From the NCBI GenBank assembly GCA_051418015.1, contig JBPRGF010000033.1, positions 96,001 through 160,000 on the forward strand: a stretch of 64,000 nucleotides of DNA. Direction: 5' to 3'. Positions 28,303 to 37,061 of the stretch are shown piece by piece. Position 1 is the stretch's first letter, and each line of letters opens with the position of its first letter. The notes under the pieces were generated by a model. The model did no database searches and was not told the DNA's origin. It saw only the letters and a program-made list of their open reading frames with translations. Source of the stretch: Candidatus Nitrospinota bacterium M3_3B_026. Its GTDB lineage: Bacteria; Nitrospinota_A; UBA7883; JBPRGF01. Made by a program: the position numbers and the translations under genes.

Positions 28303-28953
28303 TCAACCCTTCCAGGTAAGCTCCATCTGCCCGTCCATCGCCTCCCGCTCCTTCGCGGGCAGCCTTTCCCGCACGCCCCTGAAGGTTTTTCGGTGGGCGG
28401 GGCACGGGCCATGCTTTACGATCGCTTCGAGGTGCTCTGCCACGGCGTAGCCCTTGTGCCGGTCGAAGCCGTATTCCGGCCAGGCCAGCGCGAGCTTTCG
28501 CATGATCATGTCCCGCTCCACCTTGGCCACCACCGACGCCGCCGCCACGGACAGGGAGAGCGAATCGCCCTTGACGAGCGTCCGCTGCGCCCCGGCCCAT
28601 TTCACGGGACGGTTCCCGTCCACTATCACGTAATCGGGCCGCGGCGAAAGTTTTGACAGAGCGCCCTCCATCGCCATGAGGGACGCTCTCAGTATGTTCA
28701 TGGAATCTATGACCTCGGGCTCGACGATGAAGCTTGCCGCGCAGACCGCCTTTTCGTGGATAACGCTGTAAAATTGTTCGCGCTGGTTGGCGGAAAGCTT
28801 CTTGGAGTCCGTCAGCCCCGGCAGGGAAAAACCATCCGGCAGGACGACCGCCGCCGCCACCACGGGGCCGGCAAGAGGCCCCCTGCCTGCCTCGTCCACC
28901 CCGGCTATGACGGAATGCCCCAGCCTTTTGGCTTTATTCTCAAACCGCAGCAT
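28303..28953 (-). CDS. rnhB: Ribonuclease HII
   Basis: AGVDEAGRGPLAGPV, DSKKL, KGD..S.SVAAASVVAKV.RD, HRKTF. Confidence 0.97.
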   Translation of the reverse strand: MLRFENKAKRLGHSVIAGVDEAGRGPLAGPVVAAAVVLPDGFSLPGLTDSKKLSANQREQFYSVIHEKAVCAASFIVEPEVIDSMNILRASLMAMEGALSKLSPRPDYVIVDGNRPVKWAGAQRTLVKGDSLSLSVAAASVVAKVERDMIMRKLALAWPEYGFDRHKGYAVAEHLEAIVKHGPCPAHRKTFRGVRERLPAKEREAMDGQMELTWKG

Positions 28954-29065
28954 CGCCACAAAGCCTAGCACGCCCGGAACTCTGTTTCCACGAAAAGCTT
29001 TCCGCCGCTCCCCCGCCCCCCGATGATGTTGAAACCCGCCAGCGAAACGGATAAATTCTAGACGT

Positions 29066-30853
29066 ATGCGAAGTGTCATTCTTCTCTTTCTCACCGTGGC
29101 GCTGGCCTCTACGTCATACGCGGGGGAGGGCTTGAAACTGTCCGCGAAAGCGGAGCCGGACCGCCTTCCGCCAGGAGCCGAGCTGCGCCTTGTCATCACC
29201 GTGGAGGGAAAGGGCGCGGCGGACACCCCGGAGCCTTCACTGCCGCGCCTTAAAAACTTCGAGATCGTCGGCAAGTCCACCAGCCAGAGGTACTCCATAG
29301 TCAACCTGGAGACGAAAGTGACGAAAACGACGGTGTACCGGCTTCGCGCCCCCAGGGAAGGGAAGTTCGAAATACCCCCCGTCACCCTGGAGGCGGACGG
29401 GAAGACGTACAAGTCCGATCCGGTGGAGGTCGTCGTGGATCCCGGCGCGCCCGCTCCGAAAGGGCCATCGACGGCGAGGCGCGGACCCGGTTCGATCTTC
29501 CCCGATTTCGGAGGGTTTTTCCGCAGGGACCCTTTCCCACACAGGACGATGAAGCTTGAGAAGGACGACCTTTTCGCCACCATGGAGGTGGACAAGACGG
29601 AGGTTGTCCCCTTCGAGATGATTACGGCCACGTTCAGCTTCTACCGCGCCGTGGATATCTGGGACAAGCCGGGATATCAGAAGCCGGACTTTGAGGGCTT
29701 CTGGGTGGAGCAGCTGCCCTTCCCCGGCGGTGAAAAGGAAAAGACCGTAGTGGAGGAGGTGGACGGCAAGACCTACCACGTGAACAGGATGCGCTACGCC
29801 CTGTTTCCCATAAGCGAGGGGGAGAAGCTGGTGGACTCCGCCGTGGTCTCAGCGCAGGTGGACCCTTGGTCGGACAGGGTGGAGCGGGCCACCGCGCCCA
29901 TACTCGTGAATGTTCGTCCCTTCCCGCGGGGAGCGCCCGAAGCCTTCGACAACATGGTCGGAAGGTTCGAGACCGAAAGCGATCTGGGGGCTGAAAGTAT
30001 CCGTGTGAACGACGGCGCAACGCTGAAGATCACGGTTTCGGGCGAGGGATACTTAAAGCCCGCCCCAGCGCCAGCGCCCCCCGCCGCCGATGGTCTTGAT
30101 ATTTTCGATCCCAAAATAGCCGACACCGTGGACAAGTCCGGCGGCGTCATCCTCTCAAAGAGGGTTATCGAGTACCCCATCGTGGCGCGGGAACAGGGGA
30201 CGAGGACCATCCCGCCGACAACCTTCGCCTGGTACGACCCCGAAGCGGGGCGGTATGTCACGCGGCGGACAGAGCCTTTGGATGTGAAGGTTCTGCCCGC
30301 GGGGGACACGCCGTCCGCTGGAGACCATGGCGCCGCGCCGGACCACGTGAAGGCGGCGGAGGGGCTTTTTGACATAAAGCCGGACCGGACCGCCCTGCCG
30401 GACTGGAGCGCGCCTCCGCACAGACGATGGGGCCTGTGGCTGATCGCGGTCGTCATCCCCGCCGCCGTGATCGGCGCCGCGTGGGCCGTGGCAAGGCGCA
30501 GAGACGGCCTTCTGAAAGACCCTGTCCGCGCAAGGCGATCCAGCGCGGCCACCCGGGCGCGCCGGGCGCTGGCGGAGGCGGAGAGGGTGGAGAACACGCG
30601 GGAGTTTTTCGCCGCTCTCGACGTGGCGGCCCGCTCGTACCTTGCGGATAAATGGAACATGTCCGCCCCGTCCATAACGAAAGATATAGTAAAAGGGCGG
30701 ATCGCCGAAAACGGCGACGGTCTGCGGGATTTGGTGACGGAATTTTTCGACATGGTGGAGCGCGCCCGCTATGCCCCTTCCATGGACGGGGACAAGGAAG
30801 AAGGGTTGAGAGCCGCAAGAAGGATCATAGATCGGATGGAGGCCGTGGAATGA
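29066..30853 (+). CDS. batD: BatD-family protein
   Basis: Signal peptide, repeated Ig-like BatD modules (GKFEIPP, GFWVE, RYALFP, VGRF), C-terminal TM and RYAP. Confidence 0.8.
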   Translation: MRSVILLFLTVALASTSYAGEGLKLSAKAEPDRLPPGAELRLVITVEGKGAADTPEPSLPRLKNFEIVGKSTSQRYSIVNLETKVTKTTVYRLRAPREGKFEIPPVTLEADGKTYKSDPVEVVVDPGAPAPKGPSTARRGPGSIFPDFGGFFRRDPFPHRTMKLEKDDLFATMEVDKTEVVPFEMITATFSFYRAVDIWDKPGYQKPDFEGFWVEQLPFPGGEKEKTVVEEVDGKTYHVNRMRYALFPISEGEKLVDSAVVSAQVDPWSDRVERATAPILVNVRPFPRGAPEAFDNMVGRFETESDLGAESIRVNDGATLKITVSGEGYLKPAPAPAPPAADGLDIFDPKIADTVDKSGGVILSKRVIEYPIVAREQGTRTIPPTTFAWYDPEAGRYVTRRTEPLDVKVLPAGDTPSAGDHGAAPDHVKAAEGLFDIKPDRTALPDWSAPPHRRWGLWLIAVVIPAAVIGAAWAVARRRDGLLKDPVRARRSSAATRARRALAEAERVENTREFFAALDVAARSYLADKWNMSAPSITKDIVKGRIAENGDGLRDLVTEFFDMVERARYAPSMDGDKEEGLRAARRIIDRMEAVE

Positions 30854-31596
30854 AATCTCTGGCCGCCGCGGGGCTTGGCGTCTTCGTTCTCCTGGCGAGC
30901 GTCTCAGCGAAAACCACCGCCGGGACGTACAACGAGGCCAACAGGCTGTACAGGCAGGGCGAGTATGACCAGGCGCTGAAGCTTTATAATTCTATTGGCG
31001 TGGTGAACCCCGATGTCGAGCACAACCGTGCCATGGCATGGCTCAGGTCGGGCGATATCGGCAGGGCGATGGTCCACTTCAACAGGGCCAAGAGGCTCCG
31101 CCCCGGCGACGAACAGACCACCGCGGCCCTCGAGTATGTCCGGTCCGTCAAGCGGGACAGAGAGCCGAAAAGCGGCGGTTCGGCGCTGGCCGCCGCGGCC
31201 GGGTTGTTGTACGCTCCCTCGTTGTTCGCCCTGGAGTGGGCCGCCGCGGGGCTTTGCCTGTTGTCTTCCGCATTGGCCGCGGGTCTGATGCTCGCCCGGC
31301 GGCCTTCCCGCGGGAGACGGTTTTCAAGAGCGCTGGCCGTCTCCCTGGCGCTTCTCGCGGCCTGTGGGGCGGTGACGGCGTTCAGGGCCGTTCAGTTCGA
31401 AAGAGGCGCCCTGGCGGTTGTGCTGGCGGACGAGGCCGCCGCCCTGGCGGAGCCTTCGAAGGCGGCGAAAAAGGTGTTCGCCCTCCACGAGGGGACGGAA
31501 GGGATTACAGGCGAAACGCGGGACGGTTTTGTCCTGTTTACCCTTCCTTCCGGCCTGAGCGGGTGGGTGGAGAAGTCCAAGCTTGAGAGGGTGTGA
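30850..31596 (+). CDS. BatE-like TPR/TM/SH3 protein
   Basis: ANRLYRQGEY TPR, 2 TM, LHEGT...GWV SH3-like end. Confidence 0.8.
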   Translation: MKSLAAAGLGVFVLLASVSAKTTAGTYNEANRLYRQGEYDQALKLYNSIGVVNPDVEHNRAMAWLRSGDIGRAMVHFNRAKRLRPGDEQTTAALEYVRSVKRDREPKSGGSALAAAAGLLYAPSLFALEWAAAGLCLLSSALAAGLMLARRPSRGRRFSRALAVSLALLAACGAVTAFRAVQFERGALAVVLADEAAALAEPSKAAKKVFALHEGTEGITGETRDGFVLFTLPSGLSGWVEKSKLERV

Positions 31597-31749
31597 GGCC
31601 AAGGCTCCCTTCGGAGCGCTTATTGTCTCCTGCCTGAAAAAAGGGGCGCGTTTGCGTCAGCGCTGCTGTTGGCATAGAATATCTTAACGCTGGGCTCATA
31701 TTCAAAAACACCGGGCGCGCGCAAGACGGGCCGGTTTTTTTCGAGCGGG

Positions 31750-32721
31750 ATGGATAAGGCAGTGGGAACAAACGCCGACAGATCCTGTCTCGTCTGGGCC
31801 ATCGGCGGCGCCAAAGGGGGCGTGGGCAAAACACAGACGGCCGCCGCCCTGGGCGTCATCATGGCAGGGGAGGGCAGGCGGGCCGCCGTGCTGGACGCGA
31901 GCCTGGACGCTCCCGGGCTCCATACCGCCATGGGAATGAAAAGACCGGAAAGGGGTCTTTCTGACTTTTTCCTTGGCAGGGTGGAGACGCTGGATGAGAT
32001 CATGACGCCCTCACCCGTGGAAAACCTTTTCCTTATACCCGGCATGACCGGCGCGCCTGTCCCGTCGAACGTAAAGAACACGGGGTTCGTCCGGCTCAAG
32101 AACGCCCTCCGCCAGATGAAGCTCGACGCGGTTTTGCTGGATCTCGGGCCGGGGACGGGCGCCGCGTCTTCCGACCTGCTCTTGGCCGCCGACACGGGAT
32201 TGATAGTCACGACACCGGAGCCGGCCTCCGTGGAGCTTGTCTACGGCCTTTTGCGGCAGGTTCTGCGCCGCTCCCTGAAAAGCGCGAAAGGGGCGGCCCG
32301 GTACGGCGGGATCATCGATGAAGAGTTCGCCGACACGGGGTCCGGAAACCTCGTGGCCCTTGTGGAGCGCGTTTTGGGGCGCGTCTCCTGCGAAGACCCG
32401 TCAGCCGCGCAGTTGATCGAAAAGGAGTTTCTGGGACTGGAGTTCAACCTCGCCGTCAACATGGCCCGGGATGACCACGACCGCCTCCTCGGGCCCTCCA
32501 TCTGCGAGATCGCGGACAAATTCTACGGCCTGTCCATGAATTACAGCGGATATGTCCCCTACGACGGGCGGGCGGCCAGGGCCGGGGCGCCCGGGAAGCC
32601 GTTCATCGTCGAATACGGGGCCAGCGACGCTGCGGCGTGTTTCAACCTGGTTTTCAGGGAACTCCTGAAAAACACCGGGAGGCGTCACGCCGGGGCGCAA
32701 CTGAGCTTGATCCGGTCATGA
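31750..32721 (+). CDS. MinD/FlhG-like ParA-family ATPase
   Basis: GGAKGGVGKT deviant Walker A, LDLGPG, VTTPEPAS, VNMA. Confidence 0.85.
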   Translation: MDKAVGTNADRSCLVWAIGGAKGGVGKTQTAAALGVIMAGEGRRAAVLDASLDAPGLHTAMGMKRPERGLSDFFLGRVETLDEIMTPSPVENLFLIPGMTGAPVPSNVKNTGFVRLKNALRQMKLDAVLLDLGPGTGAASSDLLLAADTGLIVTTPEPASVELVYGLLRQVLRRSLKSAKGAARYGGIIDEEFADTGSGNLVALVERVLGRVSCEDPSAAQLIEKEFLGLEFNLAVNMARDDHDRLLGPSICEIADKFYGLSMNYSGYVPYDGRAARAGAPGKPFIVEYGASDAAACFNLVFRELLKNTGRRHAGAQLSLIRS

Positions 32722-33365
32722 AACGAAAAAAGCCCCAGGACATGACCCATTACGAGATACTGAACCTGCCATTTACCGTCTCGGAACGGGAGGTGGAGGA
32801 AGCCTACCTGCAGCTGACCTATGTCTACGGCGACAGCTCCATGGCCTGGTATGGCGCCCTGGCGGACGAGGAGAGGCGCTGGATGCTGAACAGGATCCAG
32901 CGGGCCTGCGAGACCCTCAGGAAAGAACAGACCCGCAGGGAGTACGACGAAAAAGAGCTGGGACTGAGCGAGCAGGAGAAGGAAAAGCTGGACATGGAAA
33001 AGACCCATGAGCTGAAGGCGATCCGCCTGATGGACGCCCCGGCGAAAGCGCAGCCCCCCAGCGGCGGCGCGGAGCGGGACCGTTCGCGGAAAAAAAACGC
33101 CGCGCCCGCTTCCATCCCGGCGAGAGTGACAGGCTCCCATCTCAGGAATATCAGGAACGCCCGGGGCGCCTCTCTCGACGAGATAGCGCAGATCACGAAA
33201 GTGAAAAAATCCTACCTGGAGGCGATCGAAAATGAGGACATAAAAAGCTTCCCCGCGCCGATCTTCATGAAAGGTTTCCTGAAGGCCTACGCCAAGGCTC
33301 TGGGGCTGGATCCCGAGGAGATAAGCGACAGATACCTCGCCAAGGCGCCGCCGGGGAGGGATTGA
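32718..33365 (+). CDS. J-domain-like plus RodZ-type HTH protein
   Basis: HYEILNL...EAY...RREYD N-terminus; GSHLRNIR...YLEAIE...GFLKAYAKALGLD HTH. Confidence 0.8.
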   Translation: MKRKKPQDMTHYEILNLPFTVSEREVEEAYLQLTYVYGDSSMAWYGALADEERRWMLNRIQRACETLRKEQTRREYDEKELGLSEQEKEKLDMEKTHELKAIRLMDAPAKAQPPSGGAERDRSRKKNAAPASIPARVTGSHLRNIRNARGASLDEIAQITKVKKSYLEAIENEDIKSFPAPIFMKGFLKAYAKALGLDPEEISDRYLAKAPPGRD

Positions 33366-33388
33366 AAACCCCGGCGGGCGCCGCCGGG
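33365..33388 (-). terminator. Intrinsic terminator-like hairpin between convergent genes
   Basis: CCCGGCGG-gcg-CCGCCGGG stem with AAAA on its left (U-tract on the minus strand after trxA). Confidence 0.5.
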
Positions 33389-33392
33389 CGGC

Positions 33393-33719
33393 TTAAAGGT
33401 TCTCGTCTATGATCTCCTGCAGCTCCGCCTTGGAGCGCACCCCGACCACCTGCTTGGCGATCTCGCCGTTCTTGAAAAACAGGAGAGTAGGAATGGAGCG
33501 GATGCCGTATTTCGTGGCGGTCTGGCTGTTCTCGTCCACGTTGAGCTTGCCGACGTTTATCTTGCCCTGGTATTCATTGGCCAGCTCCTCCAGGGCGGGC
33601 GCTATCATGCGGCACGGGGCGCACCACTCCGCCCAGAAGTCCACAACCGTCAGCTTGTCGGCGCCCAGAACCTTTTCATCGAAGTTTGTGTCGGTAAATT
33701 CATCCACGTTTTCAGCCAT
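33393..33719 (-). CDS. trxA: Thioredoxin
   Basis: DFWAEWCAPC, YGIRSIPTL. Confidence 0.96.
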   Translation of the reverse strand: MAENVDEFTDTNFDEKVLGADKLTVVDFWAEWCAPCRMIAPALEELANEYQGKINVGKLNVDENSQTATKYGIRSIPTLLFFKNGEIAKQVVGVRSKAELQEIIDENL

Positions 33720-33785
33720 TTGAGACGCTCTCCCTTAAGCTTTTTGAACTTCAATTAGCAAATAAGTTTATATTCAAGTCACGGA

Positions 33786-34061
33786 TTAATCAACCCATCG
33801 CCGCACATTTTCATCATCGCCGCCTCCGGGGCCGCCGGCCGCCGGGAATATCTCGACGGCGCCTGCGAGGACGGCCACGCCGAAAATTATCAGGAGCAGC
33901 CCCAGGAAACGAAGCATCAGGACGACGGTGTCGGCGGCGGGGGGCTTGTATTCCAATTCCACCCAGTTGCGCTTCATCGACTCCGGCATGAGGAAAAGAA
34001 GCGTGAAACCGATCACGAAAAGGCCCACGGCGAATAAAAGTTCGTTCGTCATCGTTTTCAA
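33786..34061 (-). CDS. Small 2-TM membrane protein
   Basis: Two hydrophobic helices; co-oriented upstream of trxA. Confidence 0.6.
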   Translation of the reverse strand: MKTMTNELLFAVGLFVIGFTLLFLMPESMKRNWVELEYKPPAADTVVLMLRFLGLLLIIFGVAVLAGAVEIFPAAGGPGGGDDENVRRWVD

Positions 34062-34164
34062 CCTGAAAAATCGCCCGCGCCGGGATTTCCTTTGATGATT
34101 TTGATGATATAGTGTTTCCGGGAAAATCGGGAATTTTTAACGCACAGGCTATTTTTCTCGCTCC

Positions 34165-34596
34165 ATGGTCGTCACACGGCGCGGCTGCACGCTTGTCGAG
34201 CTGGTCGTCGTCCTGCTCGTCCTCTCCATTTTGGCTATAGCCGCCTGGCCCGCCGTTTCCGGCCCAAGGCAAATCTCCATCAACGCCGCCGCCGAGGTGT
34301 TGAAAACGGACATAAACAGGACAAGACTGCTCGCCATGACGAAAGGCGCGCCGCGCCGGATAACTCTGAACGAGGGCGCCGCCTATTACGTATACGGCGA
34401 GGGGGAGGTGGATAGCGGGCGGAGACGCGGTCTTGCCGGCCTGGCGCCGGGGATATCCATCAGAAAAGGCGGGACGGTCTCGTTCAACAGCCTGGGCGAG
34501 CCTTCCGGCGGGAGCCTCACCTTCGAGCTTGCCCTGGCGGGCGAATCCGTATCGGTCGCCATAGAGCCGTACACCGGGAGGGTGTCCGTCAGATGA
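34165..34596 (+). CDS. Type IV minor pilin / pseudopilin (FimT/GspH/MshC-like)
   Basis: RRG-CTLVELVVV prepilin motif; FNSLGEP and IEPYTGRV. Confidence 0.8.
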   Translation: MVVTRRGCTLVELVVVLLVLSILAIAAWPAVSGPRQISINAAAEVLKTDINRTRLLAMTKGAPRRITLNEGAAYYVYGEGEVDSGRRRGLAGLAPGISIRKGGTVSFNSLGEPSGGSLTFELALAGESVSVAIEPYTGRVSVR

Positions 34597-35057
34597 GTCG
34601 GCGCTTTGGCTCGGGTTACGGTTTCACGCTCGTGGAGCTTGTTGTCCTGATCGCCGTCCTCTCCATCGCTGGCGTGGTGATAGTTCTGCCGCTCGTGTCC
34701 TCCGCCCCCGGGTTTGGCGCCGTCCGTCCGTCGCTTTCGGCGAAGGCGGCCGGCCTCGCGCGCGGGCAGGCGGCGCTTGCCGCGGCGGAGCTTGCGGGCG
34801 TCGGCGGGGACGAGTGGAAAAACACCCTTTCCGCCCTGCAGGCGTCATCCCCCATAATCATGCCCGCGAAGGCGCTGGACGACGACGTTTTCGAGATGGA
34901 AAGATTTTACACCTGCGTGACGGAGAATATCACCGCGGACCCCGACTGCGCCGCCGGGCTTGTCCTCGTCACGGTAACCGTCCGGACAGAGGGGCTGGAA
35001 CCCAGCCGTCTCGTGTTTCTGTCGTCGAAAAATGGAGGCGCGTCCGATGCGGGCTGA
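34593..35057 (+). CDS. Type IV minor pilin (PilV/MshD-like)
   Basis: G-FTLVELVVLI; Cys pair and VTVTV C-terminal strand. Confidence 0.75.
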   Translation: MSRRFGSGYGFTLVELVVLIAVLSIAGVVIVLPLVSSAPGFGAVRPSLSAKAAGLARGQAALAAAELAGVGGDEWKNTLSALQASSPIIMPAKALDDDVFEMERFYTCVTENITADPDCAAGLVLVTVTVRTEGLEPSRLVFLSSKNGGASDAG

Positions 35058-35580
35058 ACGAAAGCTGCTGGGGTTCACGCTGGTGGAGTTGGTGGTGGTG
35101 ATCTCCATCATGGCCATCATCGGAGCGGGAGCGGCCGTGAGCCTCTCGGACGCCGCCGGGATGTACAGGACCGCCGCGCTGGAGACGGAGCTTTCACTCG
35201 AGGGGTTTATGGCCCTTGAAAGGATCGCAAGCGAGCTTCGCGCCAGCGCGGGGACGCCGAAGATCACGGGCGGGAGGATATCCTTCAACCGTCCCTCCGC
35301 CGCCCCCGGCGCGTGTGAGGCGTGCGTGGACAACTCCACCTTCGTAACCTTTGTCCACACGCCGGAGGACAACACGCTATGGCGGGAGACGGCCCCCGCC
35401 GGCCGCAGGGCGCTGGCGGGAAACGTCGCCGCGTTCGCCGTGACGGCGGAGGAAAACGGCCCCGGGATAACGGTCTATACGATCAGCCTGACCATGCGCG
35501 CGGAGGGGCGCGGCGTCACGCTGGAGATGGGGGTTTTCCCGCCTTCGGCGGGCGATGGATGGGTGGAGATCGTCCGGTGA
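35047..35580 (+). CDS. Type IV minor pilin (PilW/MshO-like)
   Basis: G-FTLVELVVVI; ALERIASELR. Confidence 0.78.
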   Translation: MRAERKLLGFTLVELVVVISIMAIIGAGAAVSLSDAAGMYRTAALETELSLEGFMALERIASELRASAGTPKITGGRISFNRPSAAPGACEACVDNSTFVTFVHTPEDNTLWRETAPAGRRALAGNVAAFAVTAEENGPGITVYTISLTMRAEGRGVTLEMGVFPPSAGDGWVEIVR

Positions 35581-36983
35581 GTAGGTCGGGATGGAGATGC
35601 GGCGTCAGCGCCGTCTATGTCCTGTTTGTCATCGCGTCGCTGGCGGCGCTGGGCCTTGCCGCGGCGGCGATCACGGGGGGCGGGGCCGTATCATCGCCCG
35701 ATTTTCACAGCGCCGCGGAGAGCCTTTACGCGGCGAGGTCGGGGATCGAATGGGTGAAACTGAAAACCGCGGGCTACACCACCGCCGACAAGAATAAATG
35801 GCTCGGTCTCGACGGGACGAGGGTGGAATACGCAGGGCCGGGCGGGCCGGCTTTCGTGATCGCCGTGAGATATTCCGACCCGGACGAGGACCCCATGACG
35901 GACGACATCGTGACCGTCGCTTCGACGGGGTTTTCCAGCGGCGCGGAAAGGACCCTTGAGATGACGGCGCCTGTCCCTTCCCCTTCCACCGCCATCGAGC
36001 TTTTCTCCGACGATTTCCGGGCCGAAGACGCGCCGTTTTTCGAGGACATCTACGTTTTCGGCCTGGCGGACGGGCCGCATTCGGCGATGGACCCATACCT
36101 TGCGGTGACGGGCGGCCCCGGCGGGGACACCGAGGAGGTCTTCACCCACGCATCCGAGCCGGGAGGGCGAAGGGGCGTCCTCGTCATGGGCGGAAAGGAA
36201 GAGGCCAGGCTCACCATCCATACCGGCTCCTGTTTCAAATGGAGCCGCGATCCCGCCGTACCCTGCGGCGGCGCGGAATGCTCCGCCTCCGGCCCGTGCC
36301 AGGCGAGACGGGGGATCGGCGCCCCCGTGGACGATGAGGGGTACCAGAACTATTTCATAAGGATCCGCGCAAGGCTCCTTTCCGGCAAGGGGTTCGGGCT
36401 CTATTTCCGCGCGTCGTATCCACGGGACGAAAGCGGACGGGTGGACTTCGGCGGCCTCACCTCCTACGCCTGGCAATACGACGCGGGGATGGGCTACCTG
36501 GCCCCCTGCGACATGATGACCGCCGTGGCGGGAAGCGACGGCGAGGGGATGTTTTTTACCAGGAGGATAGAGAAAGGAAGCGAGACCTGCGGGCCCGGGT
36601 GCTCCCTTTTCACGGCCCGGAACCCATCGCCGCCGGAGAACTCCTGGCCATTCTTCTGCCCGGAGAACAGGACGGGGCTCGATTTCCTGAACGGCTGGAG
36701 ATGGAGAAGCGGCGGATGGACGGCGGGGTGGAGAACGGTCTACATCTACGTTTACAAGGATCGCGCCTCCGTCTACCTTGGCAGGGAGGAAATTTCCGGG
36801 CGCGGCTCGGAACATTACCCGGAGCCGGTGGGGATTATATATCTCGGCTCCATGGAGGGGCTGTTGCGGTCGGGCGCCATCGGCGTTCGCGCCATAGAAG
36901 ACAGCGTGGTGGAGATCGACTACATCAGGATTTACAGCAACGAAGCCGACCTTGACCCCGGCTCTTTTCCCGGCGCCGGGTGA
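35577..36983 (+). CDS. PilX/MshP-like pilin fused to a Cys-rich beta domain
   Basis: GTG overlaps upstream TGA; G-VSAVYVL hydrophobic helix, YAARSGIEW, STG..SGAERTL, long C-terminal extension. Confidence 0.65.
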   Translation: MSRSGWRCGVSAVYVLFVIASLAALGLAAAAITGGGAVSSPDFHSAAESLYAARSGIEWVKLKTAGYTTADKNKWLGLDGTRVEYAGPGGPAFVIAVRYSDPDEDPMTDDIVTVASTGFSSGAERTLEMTAPVPSPSTAIELFSDDFRAEDAPFFEDIYVFGLADGPHSAMDPYLAVTGGPGGDTEEVFTHASEPGGRRGVLVMGGKEEARLTIHTGSCFKWSRDPAVPCGGAECSASGPCQARRGIGAPVDDEGYQNYFIRIRARLLSGKGFGLYFRASYPRDESGRVDFGGLTSYAWQYDAGMGYLAPCDMMTAVAGSDGEGMFFTRRIEKGSETCGPGCSLFTARNPSPPENSWPFFCPENRTGLDFLNGWRWRSGGWTAGWRTVYIYVYKDRASVYLGREEISGRGSEHYPEPVGIIYLGSMEGLLRSGAIGVRAIEDSVVEIDYIRIYSNEADLDPGSFPGAG

Positions 36984-37061
36984 ACCCGGGAGTCTCTCCC
37001 GTTCCCGGACGCGTGTCGTGATAGAATCTTCACTTTTTCAACACGAAGACAGGCGAGAAGG

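Noticed and set aside
31669..31685. TTGGCAT as a sigma-54 -24 element
   Set aside because: The -12 position reads CT rather than GC; a sigma-70 TTGCGT-N17-TAGAAT explains the site better.
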